From: Verrucomicrobiota bacterium
GTDB lineage: Bacteria > Verrucomicrobiota > Verrucomicrobiia > Verrucomicrobiales > Akkermansiaceae
Direction of reading: 5' to 3'
Assembly (NCBI GenBank): GCA_004293445.1
Contig: RDYP01000001.1
Span: forward strand, 270,754 to 334,753
DNA: 64,000 nt
This document shows positions 18,097-27,435 of this stretch, one piece after another (the first letter of the stretch is position 1; every line of letters begins with the position of its first letter). Position numbers and translations under genes: made by a program. The notes below the pieces were generated by a model, which worked only from the letters and a program-made list of their open reading frames with translations, ran no database searches and had not been told where the DNA came from.

Positions 18097-19350
18097 TCAA
18101 GGTGCCTCCGAATCCGGCTGACTGCCAGTAGCTTGGAAGGTCCAGCCCTTGCTGCTATTTGTCGGAGGCGCGTTGTCCCATTGGTAGTCGCTCAGACCAT
18201 AGGACTCGCGGGTCAGATTCACGCTGAACTGACTGACCGGTGCCGCTTGGGTCGCCTCGCCATCCAGCTTGATCTGCCCGGGGCTGATCTCCGCGGTCTT
18301 CAGTCGCAGACCGCTGTTCGGAGGAATGGCGCGGGCGATCCTCGACATCAGCTCGACCGGCGATTTGCCGAGGTCCACCACAAGCTCCAATTCCGACCAG
18401 AGCTGCTTGTGCTCCTCGTAGGCATCGCGCTCCGACTTCGGAGCGATCTCCTCGGCCTGGGACTCGAAATCCTGAATCTGGCGGTGCTTGGACCACAGGC
18501 CATACCCCTTCCATCCGGCCACGCCGAGATAGACCAAGAGACAGGCACCCGCGATCGCCAGCCGCTGTTGCCGCGACCGTTGCACACGACGAGCCGCACG
18601 AACGTCGGCCGGTAACAACTTGCTCCGCGGTTCAGGCAGAACGGGATCCGGCCTCGCAGAGACTTGGGCAGGCACGCCCAAACCTTCGGCCAAGCTTCCT
18701 GCATCTCCCCCGCTTCCGTCCGGCGACCAGACAAGCACCTTGTCGGGTTGGATCGGCAGCCCCTGCAAAGAGAGCTGCGCCATGGCCAGATGAATCTCGC
18801 GCAGGCACGCCACATCTGGCGCGTCCGTACCGCTGGACGTTGCCTGGGAGTAAAGCAGCCGCCCCTGACGATAGAAGGCAAAGACCCAGCGCTCGAATTC
18901 CTTCCAAACCGCCACCGCGTCGCCTGACACCGGAAAGGCACGGGCGGACAGATCGAACTCTTTCGGCCCACGGGGCGGCAAATCGCCATCCCCCGGAGAC
19001 TTCAGCACCACGCACAACAAGATCGCTCCCTCCTCGGTCTGGGTGACCACGAAGGTGTCCGTCAACTGCCCGGCCATTGGATCTGCACGGACTCCCAGAC
19101 GCTCGGCTTGCATTGCGGAAAGGTCGTCGAAAAGCGACTCATCTGCACTCGGTGCCTTGAATGGCAGAGCATGCAGCCCGCGCACCGGGAACAGCATCGC
19201 CAGACCTCCACCTGGCAGAGACGAAAGATCGGCAGCCCGCGAAGGACCATCGGCCGATTGCAGCACAAAGCCGCCGGTCGATGCCTGTTTCCAAATCTCC
19301 CAGCCCCGTGCTCCGGGAACCAGCAGCGAAGTTTCCTGTTGTTTGCTCAA
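18097..19350 (-). CDS. GspL-like / PilM-PilN-like assembly-platform protein
   Basis: 417 aa. A ~260-aa cytoplasmic domain is followed by a single TM segment (RLAIAGACLLVYLGVAGW) and a periplasmic domain of roughly 125 aa. The gene overlaps the gspK stop by 4 nt. Confidence 0.5.
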   Translation of the reverse strand: MSKQQETSLLVPGARGWEIWKQASTGGFVLQSADGPSRAADLSSLPGGGLAMLFPVRGLHALPFKAPSADESLFDDLSAMQAERLGVRADPMAGQLTDTFVVTQTEEGAILLCVVLKSPGDGDLPPRGPKEFDLSARAFPVSGDAVAVWKEFERWVFAFYRQGRLLYSQATSSGTDAPDVACLREIHLAMAQLSLQGLPIQPDKVLVWSPDGSGGDAGSLAEGLGVPAQVSARPDPVLPEPRSKLLPADVRAARRVQRSRQQRLAIAGACLLVYLGVAGWKGYGLWSKHRQIQDFESQAEEIAPKSERDAYEEHKQLWSELELVVDLGKSPVELMSRIARAIPPNSGLRLKTAEISPGQIKLDGEATQAAPVSQFSVNLTRESYGLSDYQWDNAPPTNSSKGWTFQATGSQPDSEAP

Positions 19351-20282
19351 GGCATCACCTCCTCGGTTCGTTCCAAAACCGCCGGACGTCCCGTGCGGTT
19401 GCGCACGATGACCGTGATCTTCCTCCTCGCACCGGCAACGCTGCCGATGCTTTCCAAGCGGGTGGTGGTATCGTTCACGGTCATGCGAGCGGAAAGTTCG
19501 GGGCGCAGCGTGCCGTCCACACCGAGGAGTGCAAGAGCTTCCGCCGCGGACTGAAAGGGCACATCGTCCTCGGTATCGCGCAAACCGTCGGGGCCGCGGA
19601 CGGTTTCGGGGATAATCGCCGCCTGTTCCGGCGTGATCCCCGCCGCAGCCGCGATCAATTCAGGCGAGGCCTCGTTGAGATCCAGCGCCCCGCCACTCCA
19701 AATGGTGAACCAGCTTCGCCAATCGGGCCGCAGGGCCTCGATGACGTCCATGCCACGCACCAGACGCAGCTCGTCGAGATGATAAAAAGGCCGATTGAAG
19801 GGCTGGTTCAGTCTTCCCTGCTCCGCATACCAATCGAGCTCCGCCCCGTTCAGTCCGACCTCATCGTTGCTGTCGACCCAGTCCACGAGGGCATCCACCA
19901 ATGCCTGCGCCTCTTCGAGCTCCAGACCCCAGTTGATGAAAATCGAGCGCAAGAGTTCCTCATCCTGCCTCATTACGATCGCGTTGATGTTGAACTTTTC
20001 GCCCTCGGAAATGATCCGCGCCTCATAGCCCTCGCCCTCCTCGCCGGTCGAAAATCCGAGCAAGGGATCGGTCCGCTTCACCGCAGGATTCGACGCCACC
20101 GCGATCCCCATCTCGGCGAGTTGGCGAGCGCGGAAACCGTGGACTTGCGAACTTGCAAGATCGACGTCGAAGGAGACCACTCGAATCGCAGCGATCGATG
20201 CCAAGGCAAGAATCGCGATTAGCCAAAGTACCGCCACAAGCGCCGAACCCTGCCGACGAAGATGATGTCGTGCCTGCATCAT
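19347..20282 (-). CDS. gspK: Type II secretion minor pseudopilin GspK-like
   Basis: 311 aa. The N-terminus RQGSALVAVLWLIAILALASIAA is a GspK-type leader with no Glu at +5, followed by a helix-hairpin-helix-like C-terminal region. Both ends overlap neighbouring genes by 4 nt. Confidence 0.7.
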   Translation of the reverse strand: MMQARHHLRRQGSALVAVLWLIAILALASIAAIRVVSFDVDLASSQVHGFRARQLAEMGIAVASNPAVKRTDPLLGFSTGEEGEGYEARIISEGEKFNINAIVMRQDEELLRSIFINWGLELEEAQALVDALVDWVDSNDEVGLNGAELDWYAEQGRLNQPFNRPFYHLDELRLVRGMDVIEALRPDWRSWFTIWSGGALDLNEASPELIAAAAGITPEQAAIIPETVRGPDGLRDTEDDVPFQSAAEALALLGVDGTLRPELSARMTVNDTTTRLESIGSVAGARRKITVIVRNRTGRPAVLERTEEVMP

Positions 20283-21091
20283 CGATCGATCGGGGTTTGA
20301 ATTTGGAGCCTTGGAAGACCCGTTGCGGGATCCACCCCTCCCGCACCCGGGTTGACTTGGAGATCACCGTCATCCACTCCCGTCGCTCCGTTTCCGGGAA
20401 CTTGCTGCCCCCCCCCGCCCTGCTGAAGTTGGCGCATCATCACTTCCGGATCCTGCTTCGGTGTGATCCAAAACACCTGGCGAATCCATTTTCCCTGAGC
20501 CCCGAAAGCGATCGTGAGCTCCAGCTGAAGAGGGAGACGTCCAACCAAGTCCCAGTCATTTCGCCATTCGAGACTCCGTCCATCGAGCACCCGCCACTCG
20601 AAGGTTCGCACGTCCTCTAGCAGAACCACCTCCGCGAAAGGCTCGGCGTCCCGATCCGCATCGGGGTTGTTCGCGTCCTGAATGATCTCCTCTTCGTAAT
20701 ATCGGAGCACGATGTCCAAATAACCGTCGCGGCGTTTGACCGTCGACAGCTGGATTGCCTTCGCCACCTTTTCCGTCCCGCCCCAAGTGAAGGCAAGGGG
20801 CACGTTCTGCAAAGTCAGGTCGGACAGATAATGGGAGCCGGAGTCCTCCCAAGTCAGCTCCATCCGCGCATTGCCCGGCATCGAACCGAATCTCCGGTTC
20901 AGCAGCTCGAAAAAGGCATTCCTTTCGCCCTCCTCATTCTGCTTTCGCACCACCGTATTGCTCAGTTCCAAATTCGCACTGGCGGAGCCGAAAATCATCC
21001 CGACCAGCAGGGCCAACACCAACATCGCAAGCACCAGTTCCAACAAGGTGAAACCGCCAGGCCGCCGCCGTATTGAGCGAGAATTCCTCAT
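20279..21091 (-). CDS. Minor pseudopilin (GspJ-like) with a prepilin N-terminal methylation motif
   Basis: The leader is RRPG|GFTLLELVLAMLVLALLVGMIF. I chose the start at ATG 21091 because it forms an ATGA overlap with the upstream stop at 21088. Confidence 0.65.
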   Translation of the reverse strand: MRNSRSIRRRPGGFTLLELVLAMLVLALLVGMIFGSASANLELSNTVVRKQNEEGERNAFFELLNRRFGSMPGNARMELTWEDSGSHYLSDLTLQNVPLAFTWGGTEKVAKAIQLSTVKRRDGYLDIVLRYYEEEIIQDANNPDADRDAEPFAEVVLLEDVRTFEWRVLDGRSLEWRNDWDLVGRLPLQLELTIAFGAQGKWIRQVFWITPKQDPEVMMRQLQQGGGGQQVPGNGATGVDDGDLQVNPGAGGVDPATGLPRLQIQTPIDR

Positions 21092-21510
21092 GGCTGGTAA
21101 AGGGGCGAGTAACGCCAAGTCTCCGCACTTTGTTCCCGAGCGACCCCATTGTCGAACCAACGCGCGACGACCTCGATCCGATACATTTCCTGCAAGAGTT
21201 GGCCGTCCTCGTTCTCCAGCTCTTGCAACATCTCCACCGTCGACTCGATCTCCAATCCCTCTTCCGACATTTCCTCGACCGCCACCGAGGTCGTTCCTTC
21301 TTCCATCACCGGCAACGACATGGCTTCCGACAGCGCGCTCTCCAGCAATCTCGTCATTTTGAGCTTCCGCTGGGCGTTCGCCGCCAAGTCCGCGGTCTGA
21401 TGCAGCGCGACCGCGAATCCCGTGGCCGCCACCCCGAAAACTCCGAGCGCGAGCAAGACCTCCAGAAGTAGGAAGCCCCGACGCCGATGGACTGGAAATG
21501 GCCGACGCAT
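21088..21510 (-). CDS. Minor pseudopilin (GspI-like)
   Basis: 140 aa. The leader is HRRRG|FLLLEVLLALGVFGVAATGF. Confidence 0.65.
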   Translation of the reverse strand: MRRPFPVHRRRGFLLLEVLLALGVFGVAATGFAVALHQTADLAANAQRKLKMTRLLESALSEAMSLPVMEEGTTSVAVEEMSEEGLEIESTVEMLQELENEDGQLLQEMYRIEVVARWFDNGVAREQSAETWRYSPLYQP

Positions 21511-21512
21511 GT

Positions 21513-22088
21513 TCAGTAAATCTCGCTCGCAGTGGAACGAATGCTGGCAGTCAGTGGATGGAACTCCGCTTCCAGCCAGTTTGCGTCCTTTTGGACCCTT
21601 ACCCCGACCGGCTCACAAAAACCCTCGGGATCGAAGCGCCAGACCTGACGATTTTTCGAGTCGACCGCGATCCAGTCTTCGCTCGCCCACCGACGAACGA
21701 AAAGCCGGATCCCCGACGCCGCGCTCCAATCAGCCCGGACGATGTTAAAACCACCTCCCTGACCCTCGTCCTCAGCGTCGCTTCGCCCAGCGGCGCGCTC
21801 ACGTTCGTCGGGTGCGATCATCGCCTCCGCCAATGGCATCAGACTGACCTGATTCCCGGCAAATTCCAAAGCATAGGGTCGCTGCTGCAGCGCCGCGAGC
21901 GTCCTCGCCCGCTTGGCCAGCGCTTCGACCTCCACCGAGCACTCCTTCAAGGCCCGCCCGTCGTCTGATGCCACCATCAAACCGATCGCCCCACCCGCAA
22001 GGACGGCGATAAGCACTAGCACAACGACGATTTCCAGGAGCGAGAAGCCCAGGGACGCCGAATCAGTCGTCCTGGGAGCTGAGGTCAT
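21513..22088 (-). CDS. Minor pseudopilin (GspH-like)
   Basis: The leader is DSASLG|FSLLEIVVVLVLIAVLAGG. The start is uncertain: both ATG 22088 and ATG 22115 overlap the 3' end of gspG (26 or 53 nt). Confidence 0.6.
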   Translation of the reverse strand: MTSAPRTTDSASLGFSLLEIVVVLVLIAVLAGGAIGLMVASDDGRALKECSVEVEALAKRARTLAALQQRPYALEFAGNQVSLMPLAEAMIAPDERERAAGRSDAEDEGQGGGFNIVRADWSAASGIRLFVRRWASEDWIAVDSKNRQVWRFDPEGFCEPVGVRVQKDANWLEAEFHPLTASIRSTASEIY

Positions 22089-22500
22089 CTTCGTTGCCCT
22101 CGATGCCGTCCGCACCCTTGCTGATCAATTCGAACTCGCTCGAATCCTTCGTGCCCGGAAATTTGTAGCCATACTCGTTCTGCCATGGATCGGTCGGCAC
22201 CTTTTTCGAGACACGAACCCAGTCCCTCGGCACGGGAGTGCTGGTCGGCTTGTCCACCAGTGCCTTGAGGCCCTGCTGAGTGGTCGGATAGTTGCCGGCA
22301 TTGATCTTGTAAGTCTTGAGCGCCGATCCGATCGATTGGAAGTCACCGCGGACCCGCTGCAGCTTGGCACCCTCACCAACCCCGCCGATCAGCGCGATCG
22401 AGCCGCCCAGCAAAACGGCGATGATTCCGAGAACGATGACCATTTCAAGCAGGGTGAAACCTGCGGCGACACGACGACGGATGCTCCGGTGGTATTTCAT
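22063..22500 (-). CDS. gspG: Major pseudopilin GspG
   Basis: 145 aa. The leader is RRVAAG|FTLLEMVIVLGIIAVLLGG. The GspG-type body reads YPTTQQGLKALV...DPWQNEYGYKFPG. Confidence 0.85.
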   Translation of the reverse strand: MKYHRSIRRRVAAGFTLLEMVIVLGIIAVLLGGSIALIGGVGEGAKLQRVRGDFQSIGSALKTYKINAGNYPTTQQGLKALVDKPTSTPVPRDWVRVSKKVPTDPWQNEYGYKFPGTKDSSEFELISKGADGIEGNEDDLSSQDD

Positions 22501-22638
22501 GAATGCGAAACTTCGATTGCTGCAAAAGCCTTACGCGGTAGAAAAAGCCGCGCGACTCAAAAGTTGTCGGCAATTTTCGACACCGGGAAATCCTTGCCAG
22601 CCGGGCCGCTTTCGCGCACCCCTTCGGGCCTCATTCCC

Positions 22639-23862
22639 ATGAACAAGGTCCTTCTCATCGGAGCCGGCGGAGTCGGTAGCGTCGTCGCACACAAATGTGC
22701 CATGGTCCCCGAGGTCTTCGGTGAAATCACCCTTGCCTCGCGCACCCTCTCGAAGTGCGACGACATCGCCGCCTCCGTGAAAGCACGGACTGGCCGTGAC
22801 ATCGCGACCGCTCAGGTCGACGCTGACGATCCCGCCCAGACCGCCGCCCTGATCCGCAAGACCGGCGCGACTCTCGTCGTCAACGTCGCCCTGCCCTATC
22901 AGGATCTTACGATCATGCAGGCCTGCCTCGATGCCGGGGTCGATTACCTCGACACCGCGAACTACGAACCGAAAGACGTCGCGAAGTTCGAGTACTCGTG
23001 GCAGTGGAACCTCCACGAGCAGTGGCTGAAGGCAGGACGCTCCGCCCTGCTCGGCTCTGGCTTCGACCCCGGTGTGACCAATGTCTTCACCGCGTGGGCG
23101 CTCAAGCACCACTTCGACGAGATCCACACGCTGGACATCATCGACGTCAACGGCGGGAACCACGGCCACGCCTTCGCCACGAATTTCAATCCCGAGATCA
23201 ACATCCGCGAAGTCACCGCAGAGTGCCGCCACTTCGAGGACGGCGCTTTCGTCGAGACTCCACCGATGTCGAAGCATCAGCCCTTCACCTGCCCGGACGG
23301 CGTCGGCACCTACGAGATCTACCGGATGTATCACGAGGAGCTGGAGTCCCTGGTGAAGCACATCCCGACCATCAAGCGCGCGCAGTTCTGGATGAGCTTC
23401 TCGCCGAACTACCTGAAGCACCTCGAAGTCCTCCAGAACGTCGGCATGACCCGCATCGACCCGGTCGTCTACCAAGGCGTGGAGATCATTCCCCTCCAGT
23501 TCCTCAAGGCCGTGCTTCCGAACCCCGGCGATCTCGGCGTTACGACGAAAGGCAAGACCTGCATCGGCAACGTCATCACGGGCGTAAAGGACGGCAAAGC
23601 GAAGGCGATCTACATCTACAACATCTGCGATCACGAGGCCTGCTTTGCGGAAGTCGGCAGCCAGGCGATCTCCTACACCACCGGCGTCCCGGCGATGATC
23701 GGCGCGAAGCAGATGCTCGAAGGCAAGTGGCGCAAGCCCGGTGTCTGGAACATGGAGCAATATGATCCCGACGGCTTCATGGCGGACCTCAACGCGCACG
23801 GCTTGCCTTGGCAATTCATCGAGCTCACTCCCGAGCAGGCGGCAGGCTTCGTGGTAGCATAA
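22639..23862 (+). CDS. Saccharopine dehydrogenase-family enzyme, carboxynorspermidine dehydrogenase-like
   Basis: 407 aa from the internal ATG. The N-terminus MNKVLLIGAGGVGSVVAHK is a Rossmann motif. Length and N-terminus fit carboxy(nor)spermidine dehydrogenases as I recall them. The longer track ORF (21913..) runs antisense through the pseudopilin genes. Confidence 0.65.
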   Translation: MNKVLLIGAGGVGSVVAHKCAMVPEVFGEITLASRTLSKCDDIAASVKARTGRDIATAQVDADDPAQTAALIRKTGATLVVNVALPYQDLTIMQACLDAGVDYLDTANYEPKDVAKFEYSWQWNLHEQWLKAGRSALLGSGFDPGVTNVFTAWALKHHFDEIHTLDIIDVNGGNHGHAFATNFNPEINIREVTAECRHFEDGAFVETPPMSKHQPFTCPDGVGTYEIYRMYHEELESLVKHIPTIKRAQFWMSFSPNYLKHLEVLQNVGMTRIDPVVYQGVEIIPLQFLKAVLPNPGDLGVTTKGKTCIGNVITGVKDGKAKAIYIYNICDHEACFAEVGSQAISYTTGVPAMIGAKQMLEGKWRKPGVWNMEQYDPDGFMADLNAHGLPWQFIELTPEQAAGFVVA

Positions 23863-24090
23863 GGGGTGTCGACGTGCCGTCGAAACCCGTGTTGACCCAA
23901 AGTTCGTGCTCATAATCTTCCGTGAGGAAAACGCGGAAGAGTCACGAATTCACGCCCGTTCGCATCGCTTTCCGGGATCGTCATCTACTGCCGCTTGTCC
24001 GTGGGGATCTCACAGCGACCGAGGAACAGCGACAAACCCTTCTCCCTCAGGATCCTCGAAGGGCGGGAAATTCCCCGAGGGGAGCGCCGC

Positions 24091-25098
24091 TCAAACGCCC
24101 GCCTCGTTCCGCGCAATCCGCCAGGTGCCGCACCACCAGACCGTCGTCAGCGCGAGCAAGATGCCGGATAGTCCGAGATGCAGCACCTGCACCGCCGGGT
24201 GAATTTCCACCTGCGCCATGATCAGCCCGAGCACCATCTGAGCGAGGATCACTCCCAGCACTCCCGTGGCCACCCGACCCGCAGGACCGGCACGACGGAC
24301 GATCCGCCACGCTACGACGGATGATGCGAGGATGACCCATGAAAAGCTACGGTGGATCAGATAGTTCCAGTCCCGCTCCAGCAGCCCAATCCACTCGTCG
24401 CGTCCAACACCCGGATGCGTCTTCACGAACTCCGTATTCAATTCCCGAATCCGCGTTCCCAACATTCCCTCGACGAAAATCAGCAGCAGAAGAAGCCCGA
24501 TAATCCCGCGCAAACGTCGCCGCTCGACATCCGCCACCGGCACCGACCATGGCCGTTCGCAGCCACGCCAAGCTGCAAAGCTCAGGGGCAAAACAAGCAG
24601 CATCGCCAAGGCCATATGCACCGTCAGCACGCCCGGCTTGAGATCGCTCGACACGACCTCTTTCCCCATCCACGCATTGGCTCCCACCAGCAGCACCGAT
24701 AAGAAAGCTGCTGGACGGACCCCGGCACGCCCCCGCTGACCGAGCAGGGCAAGCAACAAAGTCGCAACCGAGAAAAACCCGACCGGTAAAGATGTGAGGC
24801 GGTTGATGAATTCGGTCCAGGTGTGCACCGGGTTGAAATTCTCCAGAATGTGCTCGGGAGTCACCGTTGAAGGATCGCGCCCATAACGCTTGGCGGCCCG
24901 CTCGAACTTCGCGAAGTCGATTTTCGACACGTCGATCTCTCCAACCTCGGTCGGCGGAATCAAGCGCCCCCAGCAGCGCGGCCAATCGGGACAGCCCATC
25001 CCCGCACCGCTCACCCGAACAATCGCACCAACGAAGATGAGCACGATCACCGACACCAAGGCCGCCGTGGCGAATTTCTGAAAGCGCGACATGCTCAA
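24091..25098 (-). CDS. ctaA: Heme A synthase (COX15/CtaA family)
   Basis: 335 aa and polytopic. It carries the motif GAGMGCPDWPRCWG. Confidence 0.8.
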   Translation of the reverse strand: MSMSRFQKFATAALVSVIVLIFVGAIVRVSGAGMGCPDWPRCWGRLIPPTEVGEIDVSKIDFAKFERAAKRYGRDPSTVTPEHILENFNPVHTWTEFINRLTSLPVGFFSVATLLLALLGQRGRAGVRPAAFLSVLLVGANAWMGKEVVSSDLKPGVLTVHMALAMLLVLPLSFAAWRGCERPWSVPVADVERRRLRGIIGLLLLLIFVEGMLGTRIRELNTEFVKTHPGVGRDEWIGLLERDWNYLIHRSFSWVILASSVVAWRIVRRAGPAGRVATGVLGVILAQMVLGLIMAQVEIHPAVQVLHLGLSGILLALTTVWWCGTWRIARNEAGV

Positions 25099-26270
25099 TT
25101 TTCGCCGTGGATCTTCGCCGCTGCCGACACCGGCGCAACTGTCTTCTCGTCCCCGTCATCCTCGACTCCCGCCTCACCATCTTTGGATCCTTGGCCGATC
25201 GCCACGGCGACCCAACGGAACTCGTCGCTATTATCCAGCACGACCTTGAGAATCATCGTCAGCGGAACCGCAAGGATGATGCCGATCAGTCCCCACAGCC
25301 ATCCCCAAAACAGCACGCAAAGCACCACCACCAGAATGGACAAACCAAATCGACGTCCGAGCAACAGAGGCTGCACGAAGTTATCGAGGAACATGTTGAT
25401 CAGCCCGTAGCCCCCTGCCACCAACAAGGCATCGGTTGGCCCGCCATCTCGTGCAATCAAGGCCAGCAAGACCGGCGGAACCGACGCAATCAGCGAACCG
25501 ACCACCGGGATGAAATTCATCACGAAAGCCAAGATCCCCCACAAAAGGAAGAAATCGAGACCCGCAGCCCAGCAGAGCCCACCCGCCAGCAGGCCGGTCG
25601 CCAGGCTGATCACTGTCTTGATCCCAAGATATCGCTGCGTGTCCTGCATCGCATCGGTCAGGCGCTCGAAATTCGGCCCACGAGCCGCCTGAATTGCGCC
25701 GAACCTACGACCGAAACCCTGCGCTTCCGAGAGCATGAAGACGGTCAGTATGATCACCACCCCCGAGGTGGCGAAGAACGAAAGCACCCGCCCCACCACT
25801 CCGGTGCCAAGATTCCAAATCTGAGCGAACTTCACGTTCCGAAGCTCCGCCAAATTCTCATTCGTCATCTCATTGAGCTTCTGAGCCGCATCTTCGACCC
25901 CCCACTCGCCCAACTTGCCAGCGATTGCATCGTTCGCTTCAAGAATTTTCGCCCTCGCAAGTTCGTAATACTCCGCGTCCCAGCGCTCCTGCAAATCTCC
26001 GATGATTGTCACGCCGAGCACCACCACTGCGGCAAGAAATGCAAAGTCCACCAACACTGTCAGCAAAACCGCCAACACCGGCGGCACCCGATGCCGCTGC
26101 AACCAACCGGTGACCGGGTAGCTCACCGTCGCGATGAAGAATGCCAGCAGCATCGGCACGAAGAACGACTGCGCAGCCCGCAGTCCCGCCACACCGATCA
26201 CGAGGGCCGCGAAAAGAAAGACCATCTGCGAGGCTCGTGGCCTCTTGGGCGAGCTGGGGTTTTCCATCAT
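25095..26270 (-). CDS. AI-2E family transporter (PerM/UPF0118)
   Basis: 391 aa and polytopic. Motifs include FFIATVSYPV...FIPVVGSLIASVPPVLLAL. The stop overlaps the ctaA start by 4 nt. Confidence 0.75.
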   Translation of the reverse strand: MMENPSSPKRPRASQMVFLFAALVIGVAGLRAAQSFFVPMLLAFFIATVSYPVTGWLQRHRVPPVLAVLLTVLVDFAFLAAVVVLGVTIIGDLQERWDAEYYELARAKILEANDAIAGKLGEWGVEDAAQKLNEMTNENLAELRNVKFAQIWNLGTGVVGRVLSFFATSGVVIILTVFMLSEAQGFGRRFGAIQAARGPNFERLTDAMQDTQRYLGIKTVISLATGLLAGGLCWAAGLDFFLLWGILAFVMNFIPVVGSLIASVPPVLLALIARDGGPTDALLVAGGYGLINMFLDNFVQPLLLGRRFGLSILVVVLCVLFWGWLWGLIGIILAVPLTMILKVVLDNSDEFRWVAVAIGQGSKDGEAGVEDDGDEKTVAPVSAAAKIHGEN

Positions 26271-26320
26271 GCAATGTGCGGTAAAACTAGGATCGAAGCC
26301 GACGATTCACAAAGCATTCC

Positions 26321-27364
26321 TCAAGGAAATTCAATCTCCCCCGCCCGGCTCAGAGGTTGCCAGTCACGAAGCCCCTCCCAACCGACCAAGCGCGCACTTT
26401 GCAAGGGTTGGCCCACTCGTCGGAAAAAACCTTCGGTACCCGGTCTTTTGTCCAAATCCGCTAAGGCCTCATCAAGGAGGGGCCATCGCCAGACGAATCC
26501 CTCGTCGCGCAAACGCCGCGGATCCACCCACCGGCTCTTGAGCACCAATTCCGTTTCCGTGCCCATCAAACGCGCCCCCACTTCCATCGCCCACGCCGGG
26601 GCGGGAATGCCGAAGGGCACTCCTTCGAGCCGCCGGAAAGCACGCAGCAACTCGCGGTTGGTGGGAAATTCGGGAGCTGTTAGATTGAAGACGCCATCGA
26701 GAAAAGGGTCGGCGGCAATGAAGTCGATCCCTGCCAGCAAGTCGTCCATATGGATCCAACTGACTCGTTGATTGCCCTTGCCCATCGCTCCCGCCAATCC
26801 CCGTCGCGTCAGCCGACTCAAGACGTCAAACACGGTGCCGGTTTCGTTTGCCATCACCATTCCGATTCTCAGCGCGACTTTTCGCGTCGCACCCGGCACC
26901 CGCGTGGCGAAGAACGCCTCCTCCCACGCCTGTGCCACCTCGCAGGAAAAGCCAGAACCCGGCTCACCGCTCCACTCATCTTGAGCGCAGTCCTCAGCGT
27001 GACGATACCACGTTGCAGTGCTCGCATTGAGCCACAATTTCGGTGGGATCTTGCACCCTGCGATCGCTTCACCAATCAGCCGGGTCGTGTCGATCCTCGA
27101 CCGCATGATCTCCCGCTTCCGGGTATCGTCATAACGGCAGTTCACGCTTCTTCCCGCGAGATTGATCACCCGCTCCGCGCCTTCCAATGCGAGTGCCCAG
27201 GGTCCGATACTGACCCCGTCCCATTCCAAAACCATCCCCTCGCCCCGGGCACGGCGATTCTGTCGAACCACCCTTACCACTTCCCGTCCCTGTCGCTCGT
27301 AATGACGAGCCAGATAGGTGCCCAAAAAACCATCCGCGCCAAAAATCACAATTTGTGGATTCAT
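26321..27364 (-). CDS. SDR-family epimerase-like protein (TIGR01777/YfcH-like with a DUF1731-type C-terminus)
   Basis: The N-terminus is MNPQIVIFGADGFLGTYLARH. The start is placed at ATG 27364. Confidence 0.65.
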   Translation of the reverse strand: MNPQIVIFGADGFLGTYLARHYERQGREVVRVVRQNRRARGEGMVLEWDGVSIGPWALALEGAERVINLAGRSVNCRYDDTRKREIMRSRIDTTRLIGEAIAGCKIPPKLWLNASTATWYRHAEDCAQDEWSGEPGSGFSCEVAQAWEEAFFATRVPGATRKVALRIGMVMANETGTVFDVLSRLTRRGLAGAMGKGNQRVSWIHMDDLLAGIDFIAADPFLDGVFNLTAPEFPTNRELLRAFRRLEGVPFGIPAPAWAMEVGARLMGTETELVLKSRWVDPRRLRDEGFVWRWPLLDEALADLDKRPGTEGFFRRVGQPLQSARLVGWEGLRDWQPLSRAGEIEFP

Positions 27365-27435
27365 CTCAAAGTTCCTCCGTTTGTGCCCAAGAAAAGAGTT
27401 TTCAATCATTCCTGAAAAATACTCTTGGATTGCGA

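Noticed and set aside
22531-23913. A 460-aa ORF lies antisense to the carboxynorspermidine-dehydrogenase-like gene. The 21913..22638 5' extension of that gene was also considered.
   Set aside because: No motifs were found. The sense strand has a clear Rossmann enzyme starting at 22639. The 5' extension runs antisense through gspG and gspH.
25107-26771. A 554-aa ORF lies antisense to the AI-2E transporter and epimerase genes.
   Set aside because: Its R/H/Q/P-rich nonsense composition spans two well-supported minus-strand genes.
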